From contig CAVVPN010000004.1 of assembly GCA_963750165.1 (NCBI GenBank), positions 1,088,001 through 1,152,000 of the forward strand: 64,000 nucleotides of DNA. Reading direction: 5' to 3'. The notes under the pieces are model-generated. The model had not been told where the DNA came from and made no database searches. It worked only from the letters and a program-made list of their open reading frames with translations. Shown here piece by piece: positions 40,126 to 49,850 of this stretch (the first letter of the stretch is position 1; each line of letters opens with the position of its first letter). The stretch is from an uncultured Gemmataceae bacterium (GTDB taxonomy: Bacteria > Planctomycetota > Planctomycetia > Gemmatales > Gemmataceae). Position numbers and translations under genes: made by a program.

Positions 40126-40377
40126 GTGGTTACGGATCTGCTCCTGCCGTTGGACGTGTTGTCGCGTGGACAATGGGCTGACGTGGTTGATGTGTCCGGG
40201 GAACCGGGGCACGTGTGCCGGCTGGCGGAACTCGGCTTGCGCTGCGGCAGTCGCGTGTGTGTGCTGCAACCGGGCAGTCCGTGTCTGGTGCAGGTCGGCG
40301 GTTGCCGGCTGAGCCTGCGCGGCGACGACGCGCTGTGCGTGCTGGTGCGGCCCGTGGCCAACAGGCGGGGGCATTGA
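40126..40377 (+). CDS. feoA: FeoA family protein
   Basis: RLAELGLRCGSRV..PGSP..RLSLR. Confidence 0.8.
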   Translation: MVTDLLLPLDVLSRGQWADVVDVSGEPGHVCRLAELGLRCGSRVCVLQPGSPCLVQVGGCRLSLRGDDALCVLVRPVANRRGH

Positions 40378-40378
40378 G

Positions 40379-40618
40379 ATGCCGTCTCTGGATCAACTGC
40401 GGCCCGGCCAGGCTGGCCGGATTGAGGCGCTGGCCGGCGACGACGCCCTGGTGCAGCGGCTGCTGGAGATGGGCCTGTTCGAGGGCGAAACCGTGGAGGT
40501 CATCGGCGTGGCGCCGCTGGGCGACCCGCTGGAACTGCGGTTACGCGACTACCGCCTGAGCCTGCGCCGCAGCGAGGCCGCCCGCATCCGCGTCGCGCTG
40601 CTGAGCGACGCGCCCTGA
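40379..40618 (+). CDS. feoA: FeoA family protein
   Basis: RLLEMGL..APLGDP..LSLRRSEA. Confidence 0.9.
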   Translation: MPSLDQLRPGQAGRIEALAGDDALVQRLLEMGLFEGETVEVIGVAPLGDPLELRLRDYRLSLRRSEAARIRVALLSDAP

Positions 40619-40629
40619 ATTTTCGTGGT

Positions 40630-40685
40630 TGGTCGGAGCCCGAGCGCCAGCGCGAGGCCCCGCGCTGGCGCTCGGGCTCCGACCA
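40630..40685. repeat. REP-like hairpin (GAGCCCGAGCGCCAGCGC family)
   Basis: TGGTCGGAGCCCGAGCGCCAGCGCG/CGCGCTGGCGCTCGGGCTCCGACCA. Confidence 0.8.
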
Positions 40686-40706
40686 GAAACAAGAAAAGAC
40701 CTGCCG

Positions 40707-42956
40707 ATGGTCCTCCTCCGCACCCCCACCGTGGCCCTGCTCGGCAACCCCAACACGGGCAAAACCACCCTGTTCAACGCCCTGGCCGGCATGAACCAGC
40801 GCGTCGGCAACTACCCCGGCGTCACCGTCGAGACCAAGAAGGGCAAGCTCCGCTGCGGCGCCCAGGCGTTCGAGCTGATCGACCTGCCCGGCACCTACAG
40901 CCTGGCGCCGCGCAGTCCCGATGAGATGGTCGCGGTCGATCTCATCCTCGGCCACCAGGCCGGCGAGGCCCGGCCCGACGTGCTCGTCACCATCGTGGAC
41001 GCTTCCAATCTCGAACGCAACCTGTACCTGACGACGCAGGCCCTGGAGCTCGGCGTGCCCGTCGTCGTGGCGCTGAACATGGTCGATGTGGCGCAGGCCC
41101 AGGGCGTCACCGTGGACGCGGCCCGGCTGGGACGGCAGCTGGGCGTGCCGGTCGTGCCCATCCAGGCCAACCGCCGTCTCGGCCTCGACGCCCTCAAGGG
41201 CGCCATCGCCGCGGCGCTGGAGCAGGGGCCGCCCGGCAAACTGCCGACGTTCCCCGAAGCGTTCGAGCGTGAGGTCGAGGCCCTGCGGCCCACCTTCCCC
41301 GCGGACGTGGAGCCGTTTCTGCTGCGCCGCCTGCTGCTCGACATGGGCGGCTACACCGAACGCCGCCTCGCGGCCCTGACCGCGGACGGGCCGGAGACGC
41401 TGGCGGCGAAGCTGCGAACCGCCCGGCAGCGGTTGACGGAGCAGGGCTGTGCGGTGCCGGCGGTCGAGGCCCGCGTGCGTTACGGCTGGATTCGCCATGC
41501 CGTCGAGGGCTGCGTGCAGCGGCCCGCGCAGCGGCCGGTGTCGTGGACAGACCGGCTCGACCGCGTGCTGACGCACCGTGTCTGGGGCACGCTGATTTTC
41601 CTGGCGCTGATGTTCATCGTCTTCCAGTCGATCTTCACGCTGGCGAAGCCGCTGATGGACGCCATCGGTCTGGGCCGTGACTGGCTGGCCGATCAGGTCG
41701 GCGCTCTGCTGCCCGTCGGCCCGCTGCGGAGCCTGCTGGCCGACGGCGTTATCAAGGGAGTCGGCAGTGTGCTGCAATTTTTGCCGCAGATCGCCATTCT
41801 GTTCGCGTTCATTGCCGTGCTGGAAGACTGCGGCTACATGGCGCGGGCGGCGTTCCTGATGGATCGGCTCATGGCCCGCTGCGGCCTGAGCGGCAAATCG
41901 TTCATCCCGCTGCTGTCGTCGGTGGCGTGTGCGGTGCCGGGCATCATGGCGGCGCGCGTGATCGAGAACCGCCGCGACCGGCTGGCGACCATCGTGGTGG
42001 CGCCGCTGATGAGCTGCTCGGCCCGGTTGCCGGTGTACACGCTGCTGATCGGCGCGTTCCTGAGCGATCCGTGGTGGCTGCCGGGCGTGGTCATGTTCGG
42101 GTTGTATGCGCTCGGCCTGGTGCTGGCGCCGCTGGTGGCCTGGCTGCTGAAGGGGACGCTGCTGCGTGGCGCGACGCCGCTGTTCGTCATGGAGATGCCG
42201 CTGTACAAGGTGCCGTCGTGGCGGACGGTCGGCCGGCGCATGTTCGACAGCGGCTGGATGTTCGTGCGCCGGGCCGGCACGCTGATCCTGGCGACGATGA
42301 TCGTCGTCTGGGCGCTGCTGTACTTCCCTGGCGGCGGCGATTATGACGAGCGCATCGTCGCCCTGGAAGACAGCGCCATCACCTTCGACGGTGAGCCATC
42401 GAGCCTGGACGACCTGCGCAAACAGGCGGAGGAACTGGAACAGGCCGGAGACGAGGAACGGCTGGCGCGTCTGAAAACGGTGCTGGATCCGGTTGAGGAT
42501 CGGTTGAACGAATTGCACCGGAACAGGACGGCGGAGAGTTTTCTCGGTCAGTTCGGCCGCGCCATTGAGCCGGCGGTGCGGCCGCTGGGCTGGGACTGGC
42601 GCATCGGCGTTGCGGCCCTCGCAAGCTTCCCGGCGCACGAGGTCATGGTCGGCACGCTGGGCCTGCTGTTCAGCCAGGGCCGTGGCCAATCGGATGACGA
42701 GCGCTACCGCGAGGGATTGAGTGCGCGGCTGCAGGCGGAGCGTTGGCAGGACGATACTGGGCGGCCGTTGTTCACAGTGCCGGTGGCGCTGTCGGTACTG
42801 GTGTTCTTCGCGCTGTGCTGTCAGTGCGCCTCGACGCTGGCGGTGATCCGGCGCGAGACGCGGACGTGGCGCTGGCCGGCGTTCACGTTCGTGTACATGA
42901 CGGTGCTGGCATATGTTGGGGCGCTGGTGGTGTACACGGTCGGCAGTCTGTTTTGA
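40707..42956 (+). CDS. feoB: Ferrous iron transporter FeoB
   Basis: GNPNTGKT, GNYPGVTV, DLPGTYSL, NMVD, LEDCGYMARAAF and PLMSCSARLP motifs. Confidence 0.95.
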   Translation: MVLLRTPTVALLGNPNTGKTTLFNALAGMNQRVGNYPGVTVETKKGKLRCGAQAFELIDLPGTYSLAPRSPDEMVAVDLILGHQAGEARPDVLVTIVDASNLERNLYLTTQALELGVPVVVALNMVDVAQAQGVTVDAARLGRQLGVPVVPIQANRRLGLDALKGAIAAALEQGPPGKLPTFPEAFEREVEALRPTFPADVEPFLLRRLLLDMGGYTERRLAALTADGPETLAAKLRTARQRLTEQGCAVPAVEARVRYGWIRHAVEGCVQRPAQRPVSWTDRLDRVLTHRVWGTLIFLALMFIVFQSIFTLAKPLMDAIGLGRDWLADQVGALLPVGPLRSLLADGVIKGVGSVLQFLPQIAILFAFIAVLEDCGYMARAAFLMDRLMARCGLSGKSFIPLLSSVACAVPGIMAARVIENRRDRLATIVVAPLMSCSARLPVYTLLIGAFLSDPWWLPGVVMFGLYALGLVLAPLVAWLLKGTLLRGATPLFVMEMPLYKVPSWRTVGRRMFDSGWMFVRRAGTLILATMIVVWALLYFPGGGDYDERIVALEDSAITFDGEPSSLDDLRKQAEELEQAGDEERLARLKTVLDPVEDRLNELHRNRTAESFLGQFGRAIEPAVRPLGWDWRIGVAALASFPAHEVMVGTLGLLFSQGRGQSDDERYREGLSARLQAERWQDDTGRPLFTVPVALSVLVFFALCCQCASTLAVIRRETRTWRWPAFTFVYMTVLAYVGALVVYTVGSLF

Positions 42957-42991
42957 TGTTCTGCCCCCCGTTCAGAAGAAAGACCCCTGAC

Positions 42992-43213
42992 ATGGACCCG
43001 CAACTGCTGGTGGTCGCCGTGATCGTGAGCGCCGCGGGGGCGTACCTGGGGCGCTCGACCTGGCGCGCCTGGCGCGGCGCACGCAGCGGTTGCGGCAGCA
43101 CTTGCGGCGGTGGTGCCGGTTCGGCCCGGCTCAGCGCCGCGCCTTCGGCGACTACACATATCCCGCTTGAGCAGTTAACCTTGCGCCGTCCGAACGATCT
43201 GGACAGCCGTTGA
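42992..43213 (+). CDS. FeoB-associated Cys-rich membrane protein
   Basis: TM helix followed by SGCGSTCG; follows feoB. Confidence 0.6.
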   Translation: MDPQLLVVAVIVSAAGAYLGRSTWRAWRGARSGCGSTCGGGAGSARLSAAPSATTHIPLEQLTLRRPNDLDSR

Positions 43214-43248
43214 GTGCGGAATTTCTCGTACTTTTTACCATTTTCCAC

Positions 43249-43276
43249 TTGACATTCACAACTGGTAGTTTAACAT
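43249..43276 (+). promoter_or_regulatory. Putative sigma70 promoter
   Basis: TTGACA-16 bp-TAACAT. Confidence 0.45.
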
Positions 43277-43308
43277 CTACCCCAATTACGGCCTCTTCTC
43301 TGTTCCGG

Positions 43309-43352
43309 CCCCGCTGTTCGACCTGCTTGCAGGAAGTTCAGCGGGGTTTTTT
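43309..43352 (+). terminator. Intrinsic terminator-like hairpin
   Basis: CCCCGCTG...CAGCGGGG followed by TTTTTT. Confidence 0.6.
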
Positions 43353-43461
43353 CTTTACCCACGTTTTCCTGCGTCGCCGACTTCGGCAAACGAAGTCGTT
43401 CCGGCGGCGTTTTAGAGGATGTGTGCCGATTCCGGCGACCCAGGTTCGGGAGGTCCCATCC

Positions 43462-44175
43462 ATGCGACGATCCATTCAGTTGTCGGCAACGTTCGTGGTC
43501 CTGACCGCCTTGTTCATCGGGGACGGCCTGGTGGTCCGGGCCACCGCCCAGGGCAAGAAGGACGCCGGCCGACCGACGCCAGCGGACGTGCTGGATACGC
43601 TGCAGATCGACATGAAGGAGTTCCAGCAGCCGATGACGCTCAGGGAGGCGCTTGGCCTGGTGAACGAAAAAATTGCCGGCCAGGTGCCGGATTTTCCCAC
43701 CCTGGTGGACGTGAAGGCATTCGAGAACGGCGCCGGGGTGTACGACACACAAATCAAGTTCCCGGTGTTCAACAGGCTGGCGCTGGGCCAGGTGCTGGAC
43801 CTGCTGGTGAACCAGCTTCCCGGACATGATGCCACCTACCGGGTGCGCAAGCACTGGATCGAAATCACCACGGTGGACCAGCTCGTGCCCAACAACCAGA
43901 AGGTGCGGGCCAAGTTCGTCAACGTGCCCCTGGCGGACGCACTGCGGGAGTTGTCCGAGCAAACGGGCATTGGCATCGTGCTGGACGCCCGCGCCGCCAA
44001 CAAGGGTAAGGAGCCGATGACGGCAACGTTTCCGCCGAACACGAACCTGGTGACCGCGGCCGCGCTGCTGGCGGACATGGCGGGGTTGAAATTGCGCGTC
44101 GTGGACCGCATCCTGTATGTGACAACGCCCACCAATCAGGCGGACATTGTGACGGGTGATCCGGCGGGCATGTGA
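43462..44175 (+). CDS. Secreted protein with tandem secretin-N/STN-like domains, paralog 1
   Basis: Signal peptide; MTLREALG..LVD..; FVNVPLADALRELSEQTGIGIVLDAR..LLADMAGL..VDRILYVT. Confidence 0.7.
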   Translation: MRRSIQLSATFVVLTALFIGDGLVVRATAQGKKDAGRPTPADVLDTLQIDMKEFQQPMTLREALGLVNEKIAGQVPDFPTLVDVKAFENGAGVYDTQIKFPVFNRLALGQVLDLLVNQLPGHDATYRVRKHWIEITTVDQLVPNNQKVRAKFVNVPLADALRELSEQTGIGIVLDARAANKGKEPMTATFPPNTNLVTAAALLADMAGLKLRVVDRILYVTTPTNQADIVTGDPAGM

Positions 44176-44202
44176 TTCGGCACGTTCACGAAAGGGAATC
44201 TC

Positions 44203-44946
44203 ATGAAGCGATCCGTTGTGTTGCCGGGCCTGGTGGCGCTCCTGCTGGGCGGCGTGCTGGCGGGTGAGCGGGCAACCGCCCAGGCCAGGGACGGTGACCG
44301 CGAGAAGGCCAAGCCCACCATCGCGGACATCCTGGAAGAACAAATTGAGATGAAGGACTTCCAGCTGCCGATGACGCTGAAGGAGGCGCTGGGGCTGTTC
44401 TACGAGAAGATGGCGACCAGGGGGCTGGAACTGCCCATCCTCGTGGACACCGAGGCGTTCAAGGACGGCAACGCCGACGCCCCCGACATTTACGACACCC
44501 AGGTGAAATTCCCGCCCTTCCCCCGGCGCATGTCCCTGGCCACCGCGCTGCGGATGGCTGTGTCCAGGATCCCGACCGGCAACGCGACCTACCTGATCCG
44601 CGGCGAGCACGTGGAAATCACGACCGAGGCGTTTGCGGCGCCAAAGCGGCAAACGGTCCAGGCCCGGTTCGTCAACCGTCCGCTGGAAGAGGCCCTGCGC
44701 GAGCTGAGCCGGCAATCGGGCATCGCCATCGTGCTGGACCCGCGCACGCAGGAGTCGCGCAAGACGGTCACGGCCACGCTGCCGACGGGGACCAATCTGG
44801 TGGCGGCGACCGCACTGCTGGCCGATATGTCCGGTCTGACGGTGCGGCAGGTGGATCGCATTCTCTACGTCACGGCGCGGAACAACAACGCGCCGCTGCC
44901 GCTGGAGACGAAGGTGAAAAAGCGGAAGAAGAAGCAGACCCCGTAA
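44203..44946 (+). CDS. Secreted protein with tandem secretin-N/STN-like domains, paralog 2
   Basis: Clearly homologous to 43462-44175 over its full length. Confidence 0.7.
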   Translation: MKRSVVLPGLVALLLGGVLAGERATAQARDGDREKAKPTIADILEEQIEMKDFQLPMTLKEALGLFYEKMATRGLELPILVDTEAFKDGNADAPDIYDTQVKFPPFPRRMSLATALRMAVSRIPTGNATYLIRGEHVEITTEAFAAPKRQTVQARFVNRPLEEALRELSRQSGIAIVLDPRTQESRKTVTATLPTGTNLVAATALLADMSGLTVRQVDRILYVTARNNNAPLPLETKVKKRKKKQTP

Positions 44947-45116
44947 CCCAGGGCGCCGCATCTCGACGTGTGAAAAAGTTGGCGTTCTTGGCGTCCTTGG
45001 CGTTCTTGCTGTGGCAACCCGCGCCGCCGGGCGTCCAGCAATGCCGCGATTGGCGAACCGCCGGCGGGCATGGTAGAATAAAGAAGATTAATACCCACAT
45101 CCCCACGAGGCCCGGC

Positions 45117-46087
45117 ATGATCGCGAACCCCAGTCTCCCGACGCGGCGGCGGCCCACGATGCTGGCGGCGGCCCTCGACGACGGCCAGCTGCTGCAGCGC
45201 TATGTCGAGCATCAGGACGAGACGGCGTTCGCAGCGCTGGTGGCCCGGCACGGGTCGTTGGTGCTCGGCGTCTGCCGCCGGGTGCTGCGGCACCAGCAGG
45301 ACACCGAGGACGCCTTCCAGGCCGCCTTCGTGGTGCTGGCACGCAAGGCTCGCTCCATCAGCCGGCAAGCGTCGCTGGCCGCCTGGCTGTACAAGGTGGC
45401 GTACCGCATCGCCCTGCGCACCGCGCGGACAACGCCCGCCGCCGGCTGCCGGAGCAATACGTTCCGCCGGAGCACGCGCCGTCGCCGCTGGGCGAGGTCG
45501 TGCAGGCCGAGCTGCGCCGCGTCCTCGACGAGGAAGTGCAGCGGCTGCCGGAGAAGTACCGCACTCCGATCCTGCTCTGCTACCTGGAGGGCCAGACCAA
45601 CGAGCAGGCCGCGGCCCAGTTGCACTGCCCGACCGGCACGGTCAAGATTCGCCTGTCGCGCGCCCGCGAACTGCTGCGCAAGCGACTGACGCGCCGCGGC
45701 GTCGGCCTGACGGCGCTGGCGCTGACCGCGGCCCTCGTCCAGGGCGCCCGTGCCGCCGTGGTGCCGGCGAGCCTGGCCAACGCGGCGCTGCAAGGCGTAT
45801 CTGGGAGCGCGCTGCCGCTGGAGGTGACGCACCTGGTCCGTGCGGCGTTCAAGGCGATGTGCTGGACGAAATTGAAGATCGCGGCAGCGGTGCTGCTGAC
45901 GGTGCTGATCGGTTCGCTGGCCGACGGAATGTCGCAGCACGGCCGGGCGGCCGCGGCACAGCCAGTGCGGGTCAAGGAAGCGCAACCGGCCCCCGCGCCG
46001 GAACCGCCGCAGTACCAGCCGGCACCGACGCAGCCGGCGGAGCGGATGCTGCTGTGCAGGGTTTGCCGTCGGGCCGGTGGGGCCTGA
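45117..46087 (+). CDS. Planctomycete-type ECF sigma factor with C-terminal TM extension; apparent frameshift at ~45425
   Basis: [72 protein letters not shown]. Confidence 0.85.
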
Positions 46088-46179
46088 AATCGTGAGCAGC
46101 GATTGTCCTGGTTGCGCCGAAGATGCGTTGGATCGCGAACCTGGGTCAGGATGGCTCCAGGAAATAGGCGAGGCTGGCC

Positions 46180-46490
46180 GTGGGAAGCGGAAAATCTGAG
46201 GACATTTCCCCAGAAACCGTTGTCCACCGCATCGGCGGGGGCAGTCTGGAGAACTTGCGCTTGTCGCCTTTGGACAGGCAGCCAGAGCGATTTGCGTTTG
46301 GGTGTAGCGGAAGTCGCCAGACTTCCGAAGCCGCTACGGAAGGCTGGCGACTTCCGCTACGAGCAAGCCGCTACACTCGACCGCAAAGTGCTCTAATGCC
46401 GCCAGGAATATCTGTCCTGCTTGGCGGTTCGCTCCAGGAAGCCGCTCGCCAGATGCGCCAGGCGTTCTCGAAATCCAAAAGATGTCAACC
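46180..46490 (+). pseudogene. Gene remnant interrupted in frame by a REPIN
   Basis: [19 protein letters not shown]..[repeat]..PPGISVLLGGS..AARQMRQAF. Confidence 0.4.
46304..46360. repeat. GTAG REPIN, copy 2
   Basis: Same arms as 25355-25414 with one mismatch; different spacer. Confidence 0.85.
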
Positions 46491-46536
46491 TGGAGACACT
46501 GGCCCGAGCCTTTCAGAATACGGAAGGATGCTAACC

Positions 46537-46944
46537 ATGCAACCCGTTCGGGGACCGCTGCTGCTGGACAAACAGCAGCGCCTGCTCGGCCGTTTGACCG
46601 TCGATCAGGTAGAAAGGGACCTACTCTCGGGCACCTTCTCCGCTGAACCGGCTTTTCAGGAGGTCGCCCTCCTGTTCCGCGCCTTCGAGGAAGCCGTGGA
46701 CTTGCAGGCGCTCCGTGTCGTCGATGAACTCGACCACACCATTGCGGCCCTGGGGTTGCACCTGTGGCACCCAACCGACAATACCGCGCGCCCGATCCAC
46801 GACGTTCAAATCTGGAGCGACGGAGGTATGACGTGCCGGTTGACGGACGCTCCCCCCACGCCGGCCAATGGGGTTACTGCGGCAACTACGGAGGGGAGCA
46901 CTACTTGCGCTGCAGTCGATACAAATCCGAACTCATTTTCATGA
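46537..46944 (+). CDS. Hypothetical protein
   Basis: Globular-looking ORF (GRLTVDQVE..GTF..F..FEEAVD..DVQIWSDG). Confidence 0.5.
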   Translation: MQPVRGPLLLDKQQRLLGRLTVDQVERDLLSGTFSAEPAFQEVALLFRAFEEAVDLQALRVVDELDHTIAALGLHLWHPTDNTARPIHDVQIWSDGGMTCRLTDAPPTPANGVTAATTEGSTTCAAVDTNPNSFS

Positions 46945-47911
46945 CATACAGCACGTCGTTGCGCGGATCGTAGTCGAACCACGTCAAATTGTTGATGCCC
47001 TTGAGCGCCTTCGGCACCGCGAGCGCGGCGCCCCAGGTGGCGCCGCCGTCCTTGCTCTCGACGATGCCCTTACCGGTCAGCACGAACAGGTGTTTCGCTT
47101 CCTTGCCGAAGACCGGCCCGAACCGGCCGTCCTTGAGCGCGCCGAGCTTCTGCCAGCTGGCGCCCCGGTCGGTGCTGGCGATCAGCGCCCCCTCCACGAC
47201 CCAGTACAGTTTGCCGTCGCGCCAGCGCGGCAGCGCTCGCGCAAAATAGTCGCCGCAGGGCTGGAACGTCTTGCAGCCGTCGGTGGTGCGCAGCAGGCCC
47301 GGCTTCGGCTGCGCCTTGGTTTTCGCGGCGGCGACGACGGCGGTCTGGCGGTCGAACACCCAGGCGGGGCCGTAGCCCTTGCCGACCTCACGGAAGTTTT
47401 TGCCGCCGTCGTCGGAGGCGATGAGCAGGTCGCCGGACTCGTGCTTGAGCGCGAGCACCAACGAACGGTCCGGGGCGGTCCAGTCGATGGCCGCCCAATC
47501 GACGTGGCTCGACTTCGGGCTCATCGGCTTCCAGGTGGCGCCGCTGTCGCTGCTGAGCGAGATCGGGGCGCCGTAGACGAGCGCGACCAGCATGGTCTTG
47601 CTCTTGCCGGTGGGGTCGAGTTGCAGGCAGCCGGGCCATTCGGTGCGGCCCTTGAGCGGCTGTGTGCTCGTGCGCTCGAACGATTTGCCCTGGTCCGTCG
47701 AGCGGTAAATGCCCTTGTCGCTGAGGTCGAGATAGAGCGTGCCGGTGGCGTGATCGACGACGATACCGCACAGGCCGCCATAGCCCGGCTTCTCGGCCTT
47801 GAGCAGTTCCGCGGCCAGCGGCTGCCAGTTGGGCTCGGCGGGCTGCGTGGCCAGCCCCCCGCCGACGCACATCAGGGGCAGCAGGGCAAGGAGGACGCGG
47901 GATCGGGGCAT
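46901..47911 (-). CDS. Secreted BNR/Asp-box beta-propeller protein
   Basis: Repeated S/T-x-D-x-G-x-T/S-W/F boxes; signal peptide. Confidence 0.8.
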   Translation of the reverse strand: MPRSRVLLALLPLMCVGGGLATQPAEPNWQPLAAELLKAEKPGYGGLCGIVVDHATGTLYLDLSDKGIYRSTDQGKSFERTSTQPLKGRTEWPGCLQLDPTGKSKTMLVALVYGAPISLSSDSGATWKPMSPKSSHVDWAAIDWTAPDRSLVLALKHESGDLLIASDDGGKNFREVGKGYGPAWVFDRQTAVVAAAKTKAQPKPGLLRTTDGCKTFQPCGDYFARALPRWRDGKLYWVVEGALIASTDRGASWQKLGALKDGRFGPVFGKEAKHLFVLTGKGIVESKDGGATWGAALAVPKALKGINNLTWFDYDPRNDVLYVMKMSSDLYRLQRK

Positions 47912-48048
47912 GAGTGGTTCCTTTCGTGGGAGGGTTGGGGCTCGGGACTATCCTACTCCGACAGGAACCGAGTGGCGATTGCCGCGTCGGCGCCGGGCGA
48001 CTATGACAGCGGTGGCAAGGGCGGGCGGCCGCGGATCAAATCGGACAC

Positions 48049-49176
48049 ATGAGACAATCAGACGAGCCCTGGATGCAGCGGGCGCTGGAGTTGGCGGAGC
48101 GCGGCCGCGGTTTCGTGGAGCCGAACCCACTGGTCGGCGCCGTGCTGGTGCGCGCCGGCAGCGTCGTCGGCGAAGGCTGGCACCAGCGCTTCGGCCAGGC
48201 CCACGCCGAGGTCAACGCTCTCGCGGAAGCTGGCGACGCCGCCCGCGGTGCCACGCTCTACGTCACGCTGGAGCCGTGCTGTCACCATGGCAAGACGCCA
48301 CCCTGCACCGATGCCGTGCTCCGCGCCGGCGTTGCTCGCGTCGTGGCCGCCATGCTGGACCCGTTCCCGCAGGTCGCCGGCCAGGGCGCCGCCCAGCTCC
48401 GCGCCGCTGGCGTGCCGGTCGAGTTCGGCATCTGTGAGGCGGACGCCCGTCGTCTCAACGCACCCTATCTCAAACTGGTGGTCGCCGGCTTACCGTATGT
48501 GCATCTCAAATGGGCGATGACGCTCGACGGCAAGATCGCCACGCGCACCGGCGATTCGCAGTGGATCAGCAACGCGGCGTCACGGCGGCGCGTCCACGAG
48601 CTGCGCGGCCGGATGGATGCCATCGTCGTCGGCATCGGCACCGCTTTGGCCGACGATCCGCAGTTGACCGCCCGCCCGCCTGGGCCGCGGCAGGCGCTGC
48701 GTGTCGTGCTGGACGGCAGTGCCCGGCTGCCGCTCACGTCGCGCCTGGCGACGACCGCGCGCGACACGCCGGTGCTGGTGGCGGCGCGTGCCGGCGCAGA
48801 CGTGGCCCGGGTCGCGGCGCTACGTGGGCTGGGCTGTCAGGTGCTGGAGCTGTCCGGTGATCGGACGTTGGCCCTGGCGGCGCTGATGCAGACGCTGGGC
48901 AAGCAGCGCTTGACAAACGTGCTGGTCGAGGGCGGTTCCGAGGTGCTCGGCGGCTTCGTGGACGCGGGGTTGGTGGACGAGGTCCACGTCTTCGTGGCGC
49001 CGAAGTTGGCGGGCGGTCGGGACGCGCAGGGGCCGGTGGCCGGTGTTGGGGTGGCGAAGATCGCGGAGGCGCTGCGGGTGGCGGACTGGTCGGTGGAGCG
49101 GATCGAGGGGGACGTGTACCTGCACGGCCGGGTAGCCCCGTTTACGTTTCGCGCACTTCCAGCGCGCGAAACGTAA
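48049..49176 (+). CDS. ribD: Bifunctional riboflavin deaminase/reductase
   Basis: PNPLVG, HAE, TLEPCCHHGKTPPC, TLDGKIA, SQWIS, DDPQLTAR and VEGG motifs. Confidence 0.95.
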   Translation: MRQSDEPWMQRALELAERGRGFVEPNPLVGAVLVRAGSVVGEGWHQRFGQAHAEVNALAEAGDAARGATLYVTLEPCCHHGKTPPCTDAVLRAGVARVVAAMLDPFPQVAGQGAAQLRAAGVPVEFGICEADARRLNAPYLKLVVAGLPYVHLKWAMTLDGKIATRTGDSQWISNAASRRRVHELRGRMDAIVVGIGTALADDPQLTARPPGPRQALRVVLDGSARLPLTSRLATTARDTPVLVAARAGADVARVAALRGLGCQVLELSGDRTLALAALMQTLGKQRLTNVLVEGGSEVLGGFVDAGLVDEVHVFVAPKLAGGRDAQGPVAGVGVAKIAEALRVADWSVERIEGDVYLHGRVAPFTFRALPARET

Positions 49177-49183
49177 ACGGGGC
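49132..49183. repeat. REP-like hairpin overlapping the ribD 3' end
   Basis: GTA-GCCCCGTTTACGTTTCGCGC/GCGCGAAACGTAAACGGGGC. Confidence 0.75.
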
Positions 49184-49203
49184 CAGCGCGGTTCGCGCCG
49201 CGC

Positions 49204-49797
49204 TCACTTCGCGGTGAGCTTCTTGACCAGTTCGATGACGCGCTTGGCGTCGCCGCCGGCGGCCTTCACCTGGTCGATGGCGGCGATGTTGCCCTGCTTG
49301 TCGATAACCACGGTGTAGCGGAGGATGGTCACGCCGCGCGGCATCGACACCTTGTCGCCCTTCTCGTTAATGGCGGGCGAGTTGCCGCCCGCCTTGGTCG
49401 GCACGCCGAACAGCTTGGCCACCGCGCCCTTCTCGTCGGCCAGCAAGGTGAACGGCAGCTTGTGGTGCGCCTTGAACATCATGTGCGTCTTGACGGAGTC
49501 GCCGCTGACGCCGACCACTTCCACGTTCTTGCCGAACTTCTCGATGTCGTCGCGGAAGCCGCAGGCCTGGGCGGTGCAGCCGCCGGTGAAGTCCGCCGGG
49601 TAGAAGTACAGCACGACGACCTTCTTGCCGATGTGGTCGCTCGACTTCCAGGGCTTGCCGTTCTCGTCCACGCTCTTGAACGCCGGCGCCTTGTCGCCGA
49701 CCTTCTTCATGTCGCCCGCCAGCAGTTCGCCCCGCACCAGCAGCGCCAGGCCGGCCAGCAGCGCCGCACCCAGCAGCACCTTCGTTCGCGTATGCAC
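49204..49797 (-). CDS. bcp: Peroxiredoxin Bcp/PrxQ with signal peptide
   Basis: LYFYPADFTGGCTAQACGFRD, GVSGD and LPFTLLAD motifs. Confidence 0.88.
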   Translation of the reverse strand: MHTRTKVLLGAALLAGLALLVRGELLAGDMKKVGDKAPAFKSVDENGKPWKSSDHIGKKVVVLYFYPADFTGGCTAQACGFRDDIEKFGKNVEVVGVSGDSVKTHMMFKAHHKLPFTLLADEKGAVAKLFGVPTKAGGNSPAINEKGDKVSMPRGVTILRYTVVIDKQGNIAAIDQVKAAGGDAKRVIELVKKLTAK

Positions 49798-49850
49798 GGT
49801 CGTCTCTCCTTGGTTGAGAAGCCATCAACGAACGCCTCTGCCCAGCTAGA

